Positions 8,429 to 18,620 of a stretch of DNA of 64,000 nt are shown piece after piece (positions within the stretch are counted from its first letter, which is position 1; every line of letters begins with the position of its first letter). The stretch is from Longimicrobiales bacterium (GTDB lineage Bacteria > Gemmatimonadota > Gemmatimonadetes > Longimicrobiales > Gaopeijiaceae), in assembly GCA_965238005.1 (NCBI GenBank), contig OZ250165.1, positions 2,176,001 through 2,240,000 of the forward strand, in the 5' to 3' direction. Position numbers and translations under genes: made by a program. The notes below the pieces were generated by a model. That model saw only the letters and a list, made by a program, of their open reading frames with translations, did not search any database and was not told where the DNA came from.

Positions 8429-9340
8429 CTACGACGCGAAGGTGGGACTCGGCTGGGTCGCAAGCGTGTGTGTGACCACGAATCGGACGTCGGTCCAGGC
8501 GGCTGACAGCGACTCCCGCGCCGACTCCGCAGACGCCTGCTCGTCGAACAGTGCAAAGAGCGCCCCACCGCTTCCCGCAAGCCGGGCCGTGAGGGCGCCC
8601 TGACCGTCCATCGCTTCCCTCATCGCGCCCAGCCGTGGATGGCGAGCAAAGACCGAGGCCTCGAAATCGTTCACGGAAATCTCGGCGAGACGCTCGGATC
8701 GCTCGAACGCGGCCGGGTCGTGAACGGACGGCGTGACCCCAGCTCGGGCGCCGAGCTCCCCATAGGCGTCGGCCGTGGACACCTTCACTGATGACAGAGC
8801 CATCAGTACCGTGACGTCGTCGTGCCCGGGGATACTCAGGAGCCGCTCGCCTCGCCCCCAGGCCAATGCCCTCCCGGCCCCGGAGGTGAAGAACGGAACG
8901 TCCGACCCCAGGTTCGCCGCAAACCGCAGTAGCTCCGACTGAGGCACCGGGCTGCCGAGGAGTACATTCAGCGCCCGTAGCGTCGCCCCCGCATCCGACG
9001 ATCCACCGCCCAGCCCGGCGCCCGCCGGGATGTTCTTCGTCAGGCGAATCCGAACACCCACATCCGCCGAGGTGGCCTCGAGGAATCTCCGCGCCGCCCG
9101 GTAGGCAAGGTTCTGCTCCTCCGGTCCAACGTCGGGCCCGACCACCTCCACCGACACACCGTCGCCCGTACGCTCCAGGCGTAGCTCGTCGCAGAAGTCG
9201 ACGGCGGCGAAGAGCGTCTCGATCTGATGATATCCGGAAGTCTCCTGAGCGAGGACCCGAAGGAGGAGGTTGATCTTGGCCGGGGCACGCACGTGCACAA
9301 CGTCGTGATCAGGCACGGTCGGAGGGCCGGCCTCCACCAT
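8429..9340 (-). CDS. ispE: 4-diphosphocytidyl-2-C-methyl-D-erythritol kinase
   Basis: APAKINL, KNIPAGAGLGGGSSD, LGSDVPFF; start uncertain (9340 or 9316). Confidence 0.95.
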   Translation of the reverse strand: MVEAGPPTVPDHDVVHVRAPAKINLLLRVLAQETSGYHQIETLFAAVDFCDELRLERTGDGVSVEVVGPDVGPEEQNLAYRAARRFLEATSADVGVRIRLTKNIPAGAGLGGGSSDAGATLRALNVLLGSPVPQSELLRFAANLGSDVPFFTSGAGRALAWGRGERLLSIPGHDDVTVLMALSSVKVSTADAYGELGARAGVTPSVHDPAAFERSERLAEISVNDFEASVFARHPRLGAMREAMDGQGALTARLAGSGGALFALFDEQASAESARESLSAAWTDVRFVVTHTLATQPSPTFAS

Positions 9341-10415
9341 CCCGGTGCCCGCTCTCATCAACAACATCCGCTTCCCCGGTGAGGGGTGCCTCGGCTTCCA
9401 TTGCGTGCTGAAGGGCCGCACTTCCGCGTACGTTCGACACGGAAAAGCCCATGCGCCACGCATAGTAGAAGCCGATGATCGTGACCGGGAAGAAGCCGCC
9501 CAGATGATATCCGAAGGCGAAGGCCAGCGTGGCGGGTGCTGCCACGCCGTAGACACCGTTCAAAGCCAGGTCGGCTCCGAGCTGGAAGGTGCCGAAGAAG
9601 CCGGGGGCCGCTGGGATGGCCACCGCGAAGCCCACCAAGGCCATCGTAAAGACGGCTGCGTCGAACCCGAGATCGATCCCGAACGCTTTCATACCGAGCC
9701 AAAAGGACCAACCGTGCCACAGCCAGAAACCGAAGCTCCACACGATGGCCTCGCTGAGCAGCCTCGGAGACCGTAGGACCTTGAGAGCATGAAGGAAGGA
9801 CTCCAGGGCCCCCACCAGCCTCTGGCCCAAGGGATCGGGCAGCCGGCCGCACAACCTTTCGGCCAATCGAATGAGAGGCTCCGGAGAGATCAGGAGTGCG
9901 ATGAGCCCCAGCAGGAAAACCGCCAGCATAACGAACGTGGTCTTGAGAACCGCCCCGACGGCCCCGGTCAGGAGATCCTCCGCGCCGGGAAAAGACGGAA
10001 GAGCCATCGGTACGAGGAGCAGGGTCACCAGGACGATGGAATCCAGGAAGCGCTCCACGACCAGGCTCCCGAAGGCTCCCGAGACCGTTACCGGCTCGGC
10101 CCGGCTCAGTGCGAAGGGCCTGGCCAGCTCCCCGAGCCTCGCCGGAAAGACGTTGTTGACGGCGAAGCCGATACAGATGGCGGCGAATCGGGACCGGAGC
10201 CTCGTGTCGGGGCTCACCGGTTGGAGGAGCACGTTCCAGCGGAGCGCGCGTATGAAGTAACCGGCCATTCCCACCAGAATCGAGGCCAGGAAGTACCACG
10301 GATTGGCCCGGGAGATCTGTTCTACAATCTGCCCGGGATCCTCTCCACGCAGTACCCACCAGATGAAGAACGCGCTGACGCCGACTCCGACGACGGCTCT
10401 CCAGCTCGGCCTCAA
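9309..10415 (-). CDS. Lysylphosphatidylglycerol synthase TM-domain (flippase-like) membrane protein
   Basis: [33 protein letters not shown]; multiple TM helices. Confidence 0.85.
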   Translation of the reverse strand: MRPSWRAVVGVGVSAFFIWWVLRGEDPGQIVEQISRANPWYFLASILVGMAGYFIRALRWNVLLQPVSPDTRLRSRFAAICIGFAVNNVFPARLGELARPFALSRAEPVTVSGAFGSLVVERFLDSIVLVTLLLVPMALPSFPGAEDLLTGAVGAVLKTTFVMLAVFLLGLIALLISPEPLIRLAERLCGRLPDPLGQRLVGALESFLHALKVLRSPRLLSEAIVWSFGFWLWHGWSFWLGMKAFGIDLGFDAAVFTMALVGFAVAIPAAPGFFGTFQLGADLALNGVYGVAAPATLAFAFGYHLGGFFPVTIIGFYYAWRMGFSVSNVRGSAALQHAMEAEAPLTGEADVVDESGHRDGGGRPSDRA

Positions 10416-11155
10416 GTGCCGGTCACTCCACCCCTGGCGGCCCGGATGAGCTCACCCATCTCACGGACCGCCCGTTCCATACCGACGAGAACCGCTCGGG
10501 AGACGATGGAGTGTCCGATGTTCAGCTCCTCAATGGATTTGATGGCTGCGACGGGCGTCACGTTCTTGTAGGTGAGCCCGTGCCCTGCGTGAACGTCCAG
10601 GCCGATGCTCTTGGCGAGCCCGGCGGCATCTGCCAGGCGGGTGAGTTGGGCGTCGCCTTCTGCCTCCGACCACGTGTTGGCGTACTCACCAGTGTGCAGC
10701 TCGATGGCATCGACACCGAGGTCGGCGCAGATGCGGACGAGCTCCTCGTCGGGATCAATGAACAGAGAAGCGCGGATCCCTGCATCGGCGAGCCGCGCCA
10801 GAGCCACACCGGTGGAGGCACGCACCCCGTCGTCCTGGAGCGCCAGCCCCCCCTCCGTCGTCACCTCCTCGCGCTTCTCGGGGACGAGCGTAGCCTGCAT
10901 AGGCCGGAGCTCGCACGCGATGTCGAGGACATCGGTGGCGGCAGCGATCTCGAGATTCACCCCTGTGCGCACGGTCTCCATGAGAAGTCGGACGTCCCTC
11001 TCGTTGACGTGGCGCCGATCCTCACGCAGGTGCACAGTGATCCCATGGGCACCCGCCAGCTCGACCAACACGGCGGCACGAACCGGATCGGGTTCGTCAG
11101 TGCGACGGGCCTCTCGCACGGTCGCCACATGATCGATGTTGACGTAGAACCTCAT
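10412..11155 (-). CDS. pdxJ: Pyridoxine 5'-phosphate synthase
   Basis: [33 protein letters not shown]. Confidence 0.97.
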   Translation of the reverse strand: MRFYVNIDHVATVREARRTDEPDPVRAAVLVELAGAHGITVHLREDRRHVNERDVRLLMETVRTGVNLEIAAATDVLDIACELRPMQATLVPEKREEVTTEGGLALQDDGVRASTGVALARLADAGIRASLFIDPDEELVRICADLGVDAIELHTGEYANTWSEAEGDAQLTRLADAAGLAKSIGLDVHAGHGLTYKNVTPVAAIKSIEELNIGHSIVSRAVLVGMERAVREMGELIRAARGGVTGT

Positions 11156-12021
11156 TGTTCGACCTCGAATAGCTTCCTGATCGATTGCATGGCTTCCTCA
11201 TCGAGGTCCTGCGACGCCAGGAGCTCGAGCAGCTCGCGGCCGAGGACCTTGTATACCTCCCTTGATCACGGGTCGAGACTCCTCAGGTGAAGGCTCAACG
11301 TCTCCACTTCCCCTCGGGTCACGGGTCCGACCAGGGCCCGCTCCAGGCCCATCTCCTCGATGTTGTCGATGGTTCCGCGCGCCAACGCCAACAGCGCGCC
11401 GATGGCCTCTTCCCCCGAGACACCGGCGGAGCCGAGAAGGCGAAATGCCGACGCGAGCATAGCAGCAAGATAATTCGATCCCAGCACGGCTGCCGCGTGC
11501 ACCGTCGGACGGTGTCGGGTGGGTACCGAAAGCGATCTACAGCGCAGAGCACGCAGCAGCTGTTGGGCCACCTGCAGGGCCTGGGGCTCTCCTGCAATCG
11601 ACACAGACGATCGCGGAAGTCGATCGGCTCCGGTCACTGGGTGGGCCACGGTCTGAAGCGGATAGAACGAGCCCACCTGGTACCCCACGGCATTGAGAGG
11701 GCTCAGGGCCTCGGTGCTCAGGGCGCCGGACATGTGGAACGCAGCGCAGTGATCGGGCGCCTCTCCCTGTGCGGCCAGAGCCCGAGCCAGCTCCGGGACG
11801 TCGTCGTCCGGAACCGCGAGGAAGACCCCGGTCGTCCCTGGAGAGGGCCGCTCCAATCCATATACATAGCGGGCTACGCCCTGGTTGAAGAGCGGATGCG
11901 ACGGCGGCTCCTGACGTCGTCCTTGGTACTCGAGGCTTTCCACGCCATCGGCCTGCCAGAGGGCGTGGCCGAGCGCGAGTCCGAGTCTTCCCGGGCCCAC
12001 GATCACCAGACGGTCACTCAT
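11152..12021 (-). CDS. Rossmann-like/DUF2520 oxidoreductase with an in-frame TGA at 11266-11268
   Basis: [27 protein letters not shown]; the frame continues 37 codons past the TGA to a stop overlapping the pdxJ ATG. Confidence 0.75.
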
Positions 12022-13319
12022 GCGCCTGGGCCGTGCTCCCGGACCAACTCCACGCCCTGAATCCGAAGAAGCCGACCTGACAGAGCCGGAGTGACCCTGA
12101 TCTCGAGCTCGAGGCTCGTCCCGTTCTGGGACTGCTCCAGCACCTCACCCTCCCTGTAGAGAAGTGCCAGCGTCTCCCCATCGTGAGCCGGGACCTGTAC
12201 GGACAGATGCTGGAGTCCGCTGCGCATACGAGCCTTCAGGACCGACGTGAGTCCCTCCAGGGTCTGGGGGTCAAAAACGGACAGGAAAACCGCCGGTGTC
12301 GGCTCCAGGGCACGAATTCGCCTTCCGAGGGCATCCTCTTCGCCGTGGGTCAGGCGATCGATCTTGTTGAAGGCCAACACCTGCGGCCGATCGGCGAGGT
12401 CGAGGGTGTCCAAGGCGTCCTCGACGACCTGCTTCTGTTCCTCCCAGTCCGGATGGGACGCGTCGATGACGTGAACGAGGAGATTCGCCTCCCGGGCTTC
12501 CTCCAGCGTCGAGCGGAAGGAAGCCACGAGATGGTGCGGAAGCTTTCTGATGAAGCCCACGGTGTCGGTGACGAGCACCTCGAACCCGTCGCCGAGAGGC
12601 ACGGATCGGGTCGCGGAGTCCAGTGTGGCGAACAGCCGGTCCTCCACGAAGAGCTCCGACCCCGACAGCGCACAGAGGAGCGAGGACTTGCCGGCATTGG
12701 TATAGCCCACGAGAGCAACCCGAAAGCTCCCGTCACGGGAACGGCGCTGGATCTCCCGGGCGCGCGCGACCCCCTCCAGCTTCTTACTTAGATCGGCGAT
12801 TCTCCGACCGATCAAGCGACGGTCGGACTCGAGCTGGGTTTCACCCGGCCCCCGGAGGCCCATGCCACCACGGATTCTCGAGAGGTGGGTCCACATCCGC
12901 TTGAGGCGTGGCAGCAGATACTGAAGCTGGGCCAGCTCGACCTGCATCTTGGCCTCGCTGGTGCGAGCCCGGGTCGCGAAGATATCGAGAATGAGCTCGG
13001 AGCGATCCATCACCCGGACGCCGACGCCGTCCTCGATGGCCTTGCCCTGGGCAGGCGTCAACTCTTCGTCGAAGATTACGAGGTCGGCCACCTCCGCCTT
13101 CACACGCTCGCGAAGCTCGTCGACCTTTCCCTGGCCGATGTAGAAACGGGGATGGGGGGCGTCGATCCACTGTCGCACGACGCCCACTACTTTCCCCCCG
13201 GCCGTGTCGGTGAGGCGTGTGAGCTCCTCGAGGTGCTCCTGAGCGACCCGCTCGTCGAGGGTCTTGAGCGGAGCTCCCACCAAGACGGCCCGGTCGACGG
13301 GCGTCTGGTTATCTATCAA
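12018..13319 (-). CDS. hflX: GTPase HflX
   Basis: GPGETQLE, GYTNAGKSS, LFATLD, DTVGFI, NKID. Confidence 0.97.
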   Translation of the reverse strand: MIDNQTPVDRAVLVGAPLKTLDERVAQEHLEELTRLTDTAGGKVVGVVRQWIDAPHPRFYIGQGKVDELRERVKAEVADLVIFDEELTPAQGKAIEDGVGVRVMDRSELILDIFATRARTSEAKMQVELAQLQYLLPRLKRMWTHLSRIRGGMGLRGPGETQLESDRRLIGRRIADLSKKLEGVARAREIQRRSRDGSFRVALVGYTNAGKSSLLCALSGSELFVEDRLFATLDSATRSVPLGDGFEVLVTDTVGFIRKLPHHLVASFRSTLEEAREANLLVHVIDASHPDWEEQKQVVEDALDTLDLADRPQVLAFNKIDRLTHGEEDALGRRIRALEPTPAVFLSVFDPQTLEGLTSVLKARMRSGLQHLSVQVPAHDGETLALLYREGEVLEQSQNGTSLELEIRVTPALSGRLLRIQGVELVREHGPGA

Positions 13320-13348
13320 CTGGGTGGGGATGATGACTCCTAGATATC

Positions 13349-14719
13349 CTAATCTCGCGGGCGAGCCTCTTCCTTGCGGGCGTTCCAGCGGTCGAGCCGA
13401 TCCTTGATACTCTCCTCGAAGCCCGCTGATCCCGGCTGGTAGAAGTTCTGTCCCGCCACCTCGTCGGGAAGGTACTCCTGTGGCGCTATCCCCTCCGGCT
13501 CATCGGGGTCGTAACGATACCCCTTGCCATACCCCAGTTCCTTCATGAGGTCCGTGGGAGCATTGCGTATGTGGAGCGGAACAGGCGCCGACGGCGTCTC
13601 CTGCGCGCTCCGCAGAGCAGCCTTCCACGCTACGTACATGCGGTTCGACTTGGGGGCGGACGCCAGGTAGACGGCGGCTTCGGCGAGAGCCAGCTCCCCC
13701 TCGGGAGGACCCAGGAAGTGGAAGGCGTCCCTGGCGGCGATGGCCACTCCGAGGGCTCCGGGGTCGGCCAGCCCGACGTCCTCGCTGGCCATGCGGACGA
13801 GGCGGCGGGCGATGTAGAGAGGATCCTCTCCGCCCTCGATCATGCGGGCGAGCCAGTAGAGGGCGCCGTCGGGATCTCCGCCCCGCACGGCCTTGTGGAG
13901 GGCCGAGATCAGGTTGTAGTGCTCCTCCCCCGACTTGTCGTAAAGGGCAAACCGATGCCGTACGGCCTCCTGGGCCCTCGATACGTCCACGGTGCCTTGG
14001 GCCCCTGCCAGCTTGGCGGCCGTCTCCAAGATGCCCAGTCCCCTCCGGGCGTCTCCGTCGGCAGCCCGAGCCATGGCCTCGAGGGCGTCTGAGTCCACTT
14101 CGAGCTCCAGGTGGCCCAGCCCTCGCTCCTCGTCCTCCAGCGCCGAGCGAAGGATGTCCGCTACATTTTCGGGAGAGAGCGGTTTCAGGGTGAACACCGG
14201 GGCCCGGGAGAGGAGAGGTCGCACGACCTCGAAGCTCGGATTCTCGGTCGTGGCCCCGATCAGAACGACGGTGCCATTCTCCACGTGAGGAAGAAAAGCG
14301 TCCTGCTGCGCCTTGTTGAATCGGTGGATCTCGTCGCAGAAGAGGATCGTGCTTCGGTTCGTGGCCCTCCGCCGCTCCTTCGCCTCCTTGATGACCTCCC
14401 GCACCCTCGCCACGCCCTCGGTGACAGCCGAGAAAGCCACGAACGCGGCGTCCGTCCTGTCGGCTACCAGTCGGGCCAGCGTCGTCTTTCCGCTGCCCGG
14501 CGGTCCCCAGAGGATCATGCTCCCGGGATCGCCCTGCTCGATCATGGATCGCAGGGCCTTTCCGTGCCCGAGGACGTGTTCCTGACCTCGAAACTCCTCC
14601 AGCCTTCGGGGGCGCATGCGGGCCGCGAGGGGAGCGCCGGTGGAGGCCTCGGGAACGGCATTTCCCGCCGCCGCATCCGCCGGCGGCTCGCTCTCGGGAA
14701 ACAGACTGAGATCACTCAT
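13349..14719 (-). CDS. rarA: Replication-associated recombination protein A (MgsA)
   Basis: [37 protein letters not shown]. Confidence 0.95.
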   Translation of the reverse strand: MSDLSLFPESEPPADAAAGNAVPEASTGAPLAARMRPRRLEEFRGQEHVLGHGKALRSMIEQGDPGSMILWGPPGSGKTTLARLVADRTDAAFVAFSAVTEGVARVREVIKEAKERRRATNRSTILFCDEIHRFNKAQQDAFLPHVENGTVVLIGATTENPSFEVVRPLLSRAPVFTLKPLSPENVADILRSALEDEERGLGHLELEVDSDALEAMARAADGDARRGLGILETAAKLAGAQGTVDVSRAQEAVRHRFALYDKSGEEHYNLISALHKAVRGGDPDGALYWLARMIEGGEDPLYIARRLVRMASEDVGLADPGALGVAIAARDAFHFLGPPEGELALAEAAVYLASAPKSNRMYVAWKAALRSAQETPSAPVPLHIRNAPTDLMKELGYGKGYRYDPDEPEGIAPQEYLPDEVAGQNFYQPGSAGFEESIKDRLDRWNARKEEARPRD

Positions 14720-16064
14720 AGCCTTCGTGATCCGCGTCAAACGGCTCCGACATTTCCAAAAGAAAACCACCCTTCCGCACGAGCGCCTCGAGCTGGGCCC
14801 GGGTGTTCGTCTCCGGATGCTCCAGCACGTGCTCCAGCAAAAGCTCGAGGATCTCCCGAAATCTGGGGCCCGGGCTGAGCCCCATGACCTGGAGATGCTC
14901 TCCGTTCAAGGCCAGATCCGAGACGGCGAGAGGCGGCTTCGCTCTCAGAACGGATCGGATGGCCTCGATGCACCCGACCGCGGCGTCTGCCGGCGAGGGA
15001 CCAGAAACGCCGACCGGATCGACCCCCGCGCGCGCCTCAGCCAACCAGATCCGTGCCAGGTCCGGGAAGAGCGCAGGGCCGGTCCGGTTGAGCCAGCGCC
15101 GGATATCGGCCGATTCGTCGGACGGGATCCCCAAGGTCCTGTTGGCCACCAGGGTCGAGACTCGCCTGGTGTCCGCGTTGGAGAACCTGAGCCGGCCCAT
15201 GAGCCGTTCTACCGTCCCGCTCACCCCCCGGACGTCACCCGAGCGGTCGCGGGCTATTGGCGAGAGGAGGGTCGCCAGACGAACCAGCGGCCGGCCGCGT
15301 CGCGCGGCGTCACAGGCCATGAGGGCACCGTCCAGGGAGGATGGACCCGAGGTGGCGGTCGCCTCGGCGAGCTCCGGATACAGCTTCGCCAGGGCCCCGG
15401 AGCGAGCGTAGAGATGGAGAGCGATCGACGGGCTGTCGGTCTGGGACAGCAGCTTCATGAGCTCTTCCTGGATCCGTTCGGCCGACAGCACGTGCAGCTG
15501 CGGTACCGCATCGCAAAGAGCCTGCCAGGTCTCTTTCTCTATGGTGAAGCCGAACTGGCCCGAGAAGCGGAGAGCCCTCAGCACGCGGAGAAAGTCCTCG
15601 CCGAAGCGGTCTGCAGGAGCGCCCACTGTGCGGAGGACACGCGCCTCCATGTCGGCGAGCCCCTCACAAGGATCCCGGAGCTCCCCCCGGAGTGGGTGCC
15701 AGGCGATGGCGTTGAAGGTGAAGTCCCGCCGGGCCAGATCCTCTTCGATGTCGTCGGCGAACTCCACCACGGCCCGGCGCCCGAACGTCTCTACGTCCCG
15801 GCGGAAGGTCGTGACCTCGTAAAGCGTTCCTCCTCGGGCGAGAACGCCTACCGTGCCGTGCTCGATTCCGATGGGCACGGTCCGGGAGAAGGCGGCCATG
15901 ATCTCCTCCGGCGTCGCCCTGGTCGCCATGTCCCAGTCCCCTGCGGCGTGCCCGAGGAGGATGTTGCGGATGGCGCCTCCCACCACCCAGGTCTCGAACC
16001 CGGCGTCCTCCAGCGTGGTGGTGATCCAGCGCACGTCCTCCGGAGCGGCGAGGGTGAAGTCCAC
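14712..16064 (-). CDS. cca: CCA tRNA nucleotidyltransferase
   Basis: VGGAIRN, DWDMAT, RRDFTFNA, EDFLRVLR, SAERI. Confidence 0.9.
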   Translation of the reverse strand: MDFTLAAPEDVRWITTTLEDAGFETWVVGGAIRNILLGHAAGDWDMATRATPEEIMAAFSRTVPIGIEHGTVGVLARGGTLYEVTTFRRDVETFGRRAVVEFADDIEEDLARRDFTFNAIAWHPLRGELRDPCEGLADMEARVLRTVGAPADRFGEDFLRVLRALRFSGQFGFTIEKETWQALCDAVPQLHVLSAERIQEELMKLLSQTDSPSIALHLYARSGALAKLYPELAEATATSGPSSLDGALMACDAARRGRPLVRLATLLSPIARDRSGDVRGVSGTVERLMGRLRFSNADTRRVSTLVANRTLGIPSDESADIRRWLNRTGPALFPDLARIWLAEARAGVDPVGVSGPSPADAAVGCIEAIRSVLRAKPPLAVSDLALNGEHLQVMGLSPGPRFREILELLLEHVLEHPETNTRAQLEALVRKGGFLLEMSEPFDADHEGYE

Positions 16065-16825
16065 TACCCCACCAGCACCGCTCCCCCGTTGACGTTGAGA
16101 ATCTCGCCGGTGATATGGCGCGCCAGGGGTGAGCAGAGGAAGACGATGGGTCCGGCGATGTTTTCGGCGGTGGTGATTCTGCCCAGAGGGATTGTGGCCG
16201 CGATCCGGGCCCTGTCGTCGGCCTCCACGACCGCGTGGATCATCTCCGTGTCGATCCAGCCGAGGGCCACGCCGTTGACCGTTACACCCCTGGGGGCCAA
16301 TTCGACACAGAGCCCCTTGACCAGTGAGATGACGGCTCCCTTCGACGCAGCATAGTCTCCGTGGTAGGCCTCGCCCCGCTGGCCCGCCGTGGAGCTCACC
16401 AGAACGATCGCTCCACCCGGTCGGAGACGTCGGGCCGCCTCTCGCGACGTATAGAAGATCGAGTCCAGGTTGCACGACAGCGTCTTGCGCCACTGGCTCT
16501 CGTCCATGTCCGCCAGCGCGACATCTTCCGGGGGCCATATCCCGGCATTCCCTATGAAGAAGTCGAGACCGTCGAACTCCCGGTCTGCCCGCTCGAAGAG
16601 CCGGCCCGCGTCTTCCGATCGCGAGAGGTCCCCTGCCTCCGCCCACGCCTTCACCCCCAGGCCACGCAGCTCCTCCACCACGCCTGCGGCGTCCTGCTCA
16701 CGGGTACGGTAGCCGATGCCGACGTCGACGCCGGCTTCGGCCAAGAGTCGGGCCGTGGCGCGCCCCACACCCCGGGAGCCACCGGTTACCACTGCGGTCC
16801 GCCCCTTCAGATCGATGAGTGACAC
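16064..16825 (-). CDS. SDR-family oxidoreductase (FabG-like)
   Basis: TGGSRGVG, NAG, YAASK, ITGEILNVNGG. Confidence 0.9.
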   Translation of the reverse strand: MSLIDLKGRTAVVTGGSRGVGRATARLLAEAGVDVGIGYRTREQDAAGVVEELRGLGVKAWAEAGDLSRSEDAGRLFERADREFDGLDFFIGNAGIWPPEDVALADMDESQWRKTLSCNLDSIFYTSREAARRLRPGGAIVLVSSTAGQRGEAYHGDYAASKGAVISLVKGLCVELAPRGVTVNGVALGWIDTEMIHAVVEADDRARIAATIPLGRITTAENIAGPIVFLCSPLARHITGEILNVNGGAVLVG

Positions 16826-16874
16826 GTGGTTCACCTCGGAGCAGACATGAGGGAAAGCCCGACTCCCGGCCGGG

Positions 16875-17468
16875 TCACCGGGATCCCTGGGAGAAGATGC
16901 GGTCAACCCGATCACACACCGCGTGTCCGATGGCCAGGTGGAGCTCCTGAGCTCTGGCCGTGCTCTCGGTAGGTACGATGACCGCCACGTCCACAGCGTC
17001 CTTCAGGCGGCCGCCCCCCTTCGCGAGCAGCGCCACGGTACGGAGGCCGGAGGTTCGGGCGGCTTCGACGGCTCGGACGAGGTTCTCGGACTCACCACTA
17101 GTAGAGTGGACGAGGAGGAGGTCGCCTTCCCGACCCAGCGCCTCCACCTGGCGCGCGAAGACATCCTCGAAGCCGAAGTCGTTCGCAGCAGCCGTCAGAA
17201 CGGAGCTGTCAGTGGTGAGCGCCAGCGCCCGCAGGGCGCCCCTCTCCCGACGAAACCGGATCACGTACTCCGCGGCCAGGTGCTGTGCGTCGGCGGCCGA
17301 TCCGCCGTTCCCGCAAAATAGCAACGTCCCATCGGCCTCCAGGGTCTCCCGAACGATGGAGGACACTATGTCGATGTCACCGGCCAGGTCGCGCGCACAC
17401 GTTGCCGCGAGCTCCGCCAGCTCGAGCAGTTCTCCCGATCCCTGCGCTTTGTCCGACAAGGGGCTCAC
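16875..17468 (-). CDS. gmhA: Phosphoheptose isomerase (SIS domain)
   Basis: CGNGGSAADAQHLAAE, NDFGF, STSGES, QELH. Confidence 0.9.
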   Translation of the reverse strand: MSPLSDKAQGSGELLELAELAATCARDLAGDIDIVSSIVRETLEADGTLLFCGNGGSAADAQHLAAEYVIRFRRERGALRALALTTDSSVLTAAANDFGFEDVFARQVEALGREGDLLLVHSTSGESENLVRAVEAARTSGLRTVALLAKGGGRLKDAVDVAVIVPTESTARAQELHLAIGHAVCDRVDRIFSQGSR

Positions 17469-18604
17469 CCTTTGAATATGCTCTTGAACCGATTCCAGAA
17501 CCGACTCTGAATCACCAACGGCGGGACGGGTAGGGGCGCCTCACCTAGGAACACCCGCCCCGGGCTGCTCACCGTGAGAAGCCGAAGCTGCTCACCGCCA
17601 TCGCGCTCCCGGAAGAAGGACTCGGATTCTCTAAGGTGGATGCCGAGATGGCGCCGGGCGTGGAAGTCGCTCGCAAGGTAGTCCACCCAACCCAGTGCGA
17701 GGAGCTTGCACGCCACGTCCCTGGCCTCTCTCCCGTAGCGGCCGGCGAAGGATCCGTGATTCACCTGCAAGTAGGCTCCGGACCTTCGCCAGGCGCCAGC
17801 GAGCTCGACATCGTGCTCGATTCCCTGGTATCGCTCCGGGTGCGCGAGGATCGGTCGGTACCCATCGGCGCAGATCCGCTGGATGACGTGCTCGGTGCGA
17901 GGAGGAATCTGGAGTCGCGGCCATTCCACCAGAACGAAGGGCGTTCCAGCCAGCCGGAGCCGGGGATCCGAGAGGTCCGGATCCGGGACGTCGAGCATGA
18001 TCTCGTATCCGCGCTCGAACTCCAGCTCGGGGAAGCGATCCGCCACCGCGCGAGACACCTCCTCCCATGCATCGTCGACCTGTCCCAGCCGTTCGGCGAG
18101 CTTCGCGGGGTCGTGTGTGATGCTCGCATTCAGGTGAGGGGTGGTGAGGATCCGGCCGATTCCGGCACTTGCCATCCGCTCCACCGCCTCCAAGGCCTCG
18201 TCCAGGGTGCGCGCACCATCGTCCACACCGGGCACGAGATGACTGTGGAGGTCGGCCGCGGTCCCCGACTCACCGAACGTCATGTCAGCGGCCTGTGGGA
18301 GGGGTGGAGCGGGCCGCGTCCGATGGAGTCGGTCGAGAAGGCCGGCGAGCACGGCCTCCGTATCTTCCTCACCGGCCGCAGCTTCGCACGCGTAGGTGAG
18401 GAGAGCGTCGGCAGCCAGCAAGTGGAACGCCCCCTCCCGGTTTCGCCCCAGCTGTTTGAGCAGCTCGTCCACGTGGTGCCCTGCAGCATCGCCCAGCGCT
18501 TCGCTCACCGACCTACCCTCCGAGGGCCCGACCTCGAGCCGGCGGCGCAGCTCCTTTGGCGCCGGGGGCTCCCGATCGGCCAGCCATGCCATCAGGTCGT
18601 CCAT
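17465..18604 (-). CDS. CpsB/CapC-type PHP tyrosine phosphatase with an extra N-terminal helical domain
   Basis: DLHSHLVPGVDDG, TTPH, AHPERY, ASDFH; about 100-aa N-terminal extension containing LLAADALLTYACE. Confidence 0.85.
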   Translation of the reverse strand: MDDLMAWLADREPPAPKELRRRLEVGPSEGRSVSEALGDAAGHHVDELLKQLGRNREGAFHLLAADALLTYACEAAAGEEDTEAVLAGLLDRLHRTRPAPPLPQAADMTFGESGTAADLHSHLVPGVDDGARTLDEALEAVERMASAGIGRILTTPHLNASITHDPAKLAERLGQVDDAWEEVSRAVADRFPELEFERGYEIMLDVPDPDLSDPRLRLAGTPFVLVEWPRLQIPPRTEHVIQRICADGYRPILAHPERYQGIEHDVELAGAWRRSGAYLQVNHGSFAGRYGREARDVACKLLALGWVDYLASDFHARRHLGIHLRESESFFRERDGGEQLRLLTVSSPGRVFLGEAPLPVPPLVIQSRFWNRFKSIFKG

Positions 18605-18620
18605 CAGGCCAGGTCGTCCA

